64,000 nt of DNA from a virus. Both the position numbers and the translations under genes were made by a program. This document shows positions 61,146 through 64,000 of this stretch, piece by piece; within the stretch, counting starts at the first letter, position 1, and each line of letters starts with the position of its first letter. The notes under the pieces were generated by a model, which saw only the letters and a program-made list of their open reading frames with translations, was not told where the DNA came from and did not search any database. The stretch lies in the IMG/VR virus record IMGVR_UViG_3300006903_000012. One strand, given 5' to 3'.

Positions 61146-62168
61146 TTAAGGTTGATACCGCTTTTTGATTTTCATTGAGTTTAGTGATAGTTTTCTTAAC
61201 CTTTTTGAACTAAGTGAGTTTATCAAATCCTCCGCTGTATGACCTAACTGGTTATATTCAGTAAAGTCTTTGAAGTTTCCCGGTGGCAAGTGTTCTACCC
61301 ACGCTCGGGGCCCAATCAACCCCGCATCGGATATCGCTGCCTTTTCTTCACCCTTATCTGGAATTAGAATGATTTCATTATTACATTTTGAGAACCAGGT
61401 CGGATCAACCGCTAAAGCTCCATTCGTGGGTGAGACTGAAAACAAACCATTTTGATCGGCCAGTTTAGCATCTAGCTCACCATAGAACATAAAGAGTACC
61501 GGTGAACCTAACGCACAAGCTGCAAACATCGATTCGCGGTTATACAACACCTTATGATTATAACCAGTGACACCACTGTATCGCCGCTTAGCCGACTTCG
61601 CTGCCGCCCGAAACCGTAGACACAGTAATTCGCTCTCTTGCGGTTTATTTTCCCAAACAGTAATTACATAATTCTGACCATCCCAACCCCATAGCTCTCG
61701 ATTAATTGTCTTATAGGTAAACCCGCGAGATAAGAAATAGGCAATCCGGTTCGGATAAGTCTTTAGAATCTTATGGTATGAGTTGGCTAATTGCAATAAG
61801 TCAACTGGCTCTGGTTCCGGCTCTGGTTTTCGTTCGACCGGCTTGGGTAATGGTGTTCCTAAAATGGTTTCGACCAACTGTAAAAATTGTCGACCTTTTG
61901 GGACGTCTTGTGCACCCAAAGTCTTATAGGCAAACCAGTTGAAGATATTGCCATGTGACTCACATACGGTTGCCAAGCAATAGTAATGATCGGCATAGAC
62001 CAAAAGCGACGGGGAATCATCTGCATGAATACCAAAAGGACACCGACCACTTTTATAGCTTCCATACGTCCGCTCCTCCTCCAGTTGGATGACTCCCCGT
62101 AGATCAATCGATTTTGCTTGCTCAATCATTCTAGAAACACTATCATTCCTCGTCTTCATCCTCATCAC
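61146..62168 (-). CDS. dnaG: DNA primase (DnaG-type zinc finger plus TOPRIM-like domain)
   Basis: 340 aa. CPFGIHADDSPSLLVYADHYYCLATVCESHGNIFNW fits the CHC2 zinc-finger pattern. The later IILIPDKGEE resembles the TOPRIM acidic motif. Confidence 0.65.
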   Translation of the reverse strand: MMRMKTRNDSVSRMIEQAKSIDLRGVIQLEEERTYGSYKSGRCPFGIHADDSPSLLVYADHYYCLATVCESHGNIFNWFAYKTLGAQDVPKGRQFLQLVETILGTPLPKPVERKPEPEPEPVDLLQLANSYHKILKTYPNRIAYFLSRGFTYKTINRELWGWDGQNYVITVWENKPQESELLCLRFRAAAKSAKRRYSGVTGYNHKVLYNRESMFAACALGSPVLFMFYGELDAKLADQNGLFSVSPTNGALAVDPTWFSKCNNEIILIPDKGEEKAAISDAGLIGPRAWVEHLPPGNFKDFTEYNQLGHTAEDLINSLSSKRLRKLSLNSMKIKKRYQP

Positions 62169-63222
62169 CGAGTTTCTTCAACAAAAAGGCCACTTGCTTG
62201 TCATTTAGTTGCTTGAAACTCTTAGGCATGTCTTTCTTCTTCATCAGTGGCAGCAAATTGTCTTTGGCCCACATCTTGCCATTTTCTGACAATTTGCCAG
62301 TGCTGTCCCAAGCTGATTTCTTGGTTGCATCTCGACACAGTTCATCAATTCGAGCAAAAAGTTTAGCAATGTTCTGTGCAGCATATTCTTCGCCTTCATC
62401 AACCTTGCCAGTCACCGGAACACCGGATGACTTTTCCAACTTCATAATGCGACCATCACTAACAGTAACCCGCATTACAATCAGACTCTTAGCATTCCGT
62501 TTTTGCAGCATCTGCTCAATTTCTGGCAATCCATTTTCTGGATCTTCAAAATCGGAATCTGGCTCCATCTTCTCGGTCGAGATTGAATGCAAATCAAGCA
62601 ATGTTTTGAAGCCGGCCCCTTGTCCAGCTCCATCAAACATCCACTCATCCTCCTCGTCTTTGACAATGCAGTAATGCTCGGTTCTAGTAAAGGTAGCATT
62701 TTCATTGTCGCCGCCAACTACACGATATTCGATTTTGAATTCATTCTTGTCGTACTCGTAATCCTTACCTTCGCGACCTTTTCGTGTCTCGTGCTTGTTT
62801 TCCCAAACGGGCTTGCCAGTATTCTTGTCTCGATTCACAAAACGAGAAAAGACAACATCAAATTCACCTTCCCATGGTCGCATGCCGGAACCGAAATCAT
62901 TGAACATATATACGGCTGTTTTGCATTGCTTGGCTTTAGCAATCTTTTCAAACTTTTCTAGAGCCACCTCGATTCCACTCTCATCATAGACACGCTTGAT
63001 CTTCTCAATCGGCACACCCAAAGCGCCACACACCGCCTTAAACTTTACATCTTTAAACTTCCAGACAACTGAATATGGAATCTCTTGCTCAACTCCTTCG
63101 CCAGTCATCCGAAACATCAAGCGGTCGCCGTCTTTGCCAATCAAGCCCAGCTTATTGCCCTTCCGAACCAGCTCCTTGAAAGTTGCTTCGATTGCCCCGA
63201 AATGTTTCTCTTTCGTTTTCAT
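62143..63222 (-). CDS. possible single-stranded DNA-binding protein (acidic C-terminal tail)
   Basis: 359 aa ending in LLKKLGDEDEDEE. Its position next to primase and helicase supports the call. No family motif was recognised, so this rests on context. Confidence 0.3.
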   Translation of the reverse strand: MKTKEKHFGAIEATFKELVRKGNKLGLIGKDGDRLMFRMTGEGVEQEIPYSVVWKFKDVKFKAVCGALGVPIEKIKRVYDESGIEVALEKFEKIAKAKQCKTAVYMFNDFGSGMRPWEGEFDVVFSRFVNRDKNTGKPVWENKHETRKGREGKDYEYDKNEFKIEYRVVGGDNENATFTRTEHYCIVKDEEDEWMFDGAGQGAGFKTLLDLHSISTEKMEPDSDFEDPENGLPEIEQMLQKRNAKSLIVMRVTVSDGRIMKLEKSSGVPVTGKVDEGEEYAAQNIAKLFARIDELCRDATKKSAWDSTGKLSENGKMWAKDNLLPLMKKKDMPKSFKQLNDKQVAFLLKKLGDEDEDEE

Positions 63223-63684
63223 TTATTTCCTTTCCTTAGACAAGTCTTTCAAATTTAGCGGACCTAGAAATCCGGTATAGACACGTTGTTCACCGGATTG
63301 CATTTCTTCCAATGCCTTTTCAATAATAGTTGACTTCAATGTACATGGAAACTGATAAAACTTACTACGCGGCGATGATACCCACGCAATGACTCGCATC
63401 ACGTCTAGAAACTCAAACTTGGCTAGAATCAAAGGTATCTGCTGTTTGACATACCAGCGAGTAAGTACTGGATGCTGTCGCCCAATCATTTCAACCCAAT
63501 AAGAAAAAACTGATTGCTCAGTCGGTTCTTTGAATCGGACGGGCGGTTGCCACTCACTGTCTAATATGTCAATTGCTTGTCCGGCCTGGTTTGGGGGCTG
63601 CCAATCTACTAATTCCTCGATATTTACAGGGGCGGGCTTGGATGTTAGATACATGAGTGTCTGAACCCCCAAAACTGGTTCCAA
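63223..63684 (-). CDS. hypothetical protein (start uncertain)
   Basis: 153-aa track ORF with a TTG start. The first ATG is at 63654. It is the first gene after a 300-nt non-coding stretch at the right end. Confidence 0.4.
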   Translation of the reverse strand: MEPVLGVQTLMYLTSKPAPVNIEELVDWQPPNQAGQAIDILDSEWQPPVRFKEPTEQSVFSYWVEMIGRQHPVLTRWYVKQQIPLILAKFEFLDVMRVIAWVSSPRSKFYQFPCTLKSTIIEKALEEMQSGEQRVYTGFLGPLNLKDLSKERK

Positions 63685-64000
63685 AACAGCTCATTTTCCA
63701 CCCCAAAATCGAGAAATTTGACACCTTTTACGGTGATCATACCGAAACTAAGGAATATGTACATAAGGGCACCAAAACTCTTCAAAATCGGTGATTTTAG
63801 GTTGTTTGATTATTAGGATTAGTCTAAGTCCTTTTTATACTGCTGGGAGCCTCTTTAGGTCTGCTCACACAAAACTTCACAGGCAGGGCGGCGCGCGATG
63901 TTGTGTGATTCGGGTCTTGTACCTAACCAGCAATATTTAACTAGATTTTTTCAATAACCGGATAACCTTTAGTATCAATTTTCAGACCTAAATCGCTAGA

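Noticed and set aside
1031-62717. Nested minus-strand ORFs in alternative frames, for example 1031..1252, 2011..2301, 4959..5255, 11751..11936, 12315..12503, 13693..13914, 14764..15021, 15253..15456, 17022..17219, 18276..18515, 27703..27933, 32308..32493, 43857..44069, 47839..48039, 48737..48997, 51256..51459, 56151..56333, 61859..62125 and 62481..62717.
   Set aside because: Each is fully contained within a longer ORF on the same strand that carries clear family motifs. Their composition is low-complexity or basic, as expected for off-frame translation.
150-63280. All plus-strand ORFs in the track, for example 150..344, 3065..3490, 6353..6757, 11018..11314, 21759..22211, 28008..28346, 30452..30835 and 62198..62674.
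   Set aside because: They lie antisense to longer minus-strand genes with recognisable domains or inside intron RNA. They lack RBS motifs, many have non-ATG starts, and they would break an otherwise strictly unidirectional, translationally coupled gene array.
63700-63760. The plus-strand TTGACA-containing sequence (aaatttgacaccttttacggtgatcat) as a promoter.
   Set aside because: It points rightwards, away from all genes in the window, and its -10 match is poor. I could not find a convincing minus-strand sigma70-type promoter in 63685-64000 by eye, so no promoter is reported.

Overview
The window looks like a contiguous piece of a tailed dsDNA phage genome, either a free phage or a prophage interior. 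All credible genes lie on the minus strand. Plus-strand ORFs in the track look like antisense shadows. Read in the direction of transcription (64000 -> 1), the modules are as follows. (1) A replication and recombination module: SSB-like protein, DnaG-type primase, DnaB helicase, DnaX clamp loader, DnaN clamp, family A polymerase, UDG, RecA, Cas4-like nuclease and RuvC-like resolvase. (2) A 7-deazaguanine DNA-modification cluster: DpdA-like, FolE, QueC, a PLP aminotransferase and an HNH protein. (3) Small and large terminase. (4) About 15 kb of small accessory genes, a tRNA island and lysis-type enzymes. (5) A head module with giant polyvalent virion proteins (ART, zincin, portal-GNAT-MuF-2H fusion, protease polyprotein), a scaffold and a major capsid gene. 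(6) Small genes and two GT2 glycosyltransferases. The main result is that the capsid gene (11296 -> about 4600) appears to be split by at least eight group I introns. Several of these carry homing endonuclease genes and leave microexons of 13-46 nt. The portal gene also has an intron next to a homing endonuclease gene. A His-rich motif (KHLPGKHDQxSHAG) recurs 12 times in the four large virion proteins. Exact splice sites, several start codons and most small-ORF functions are inferences from reading by eye.
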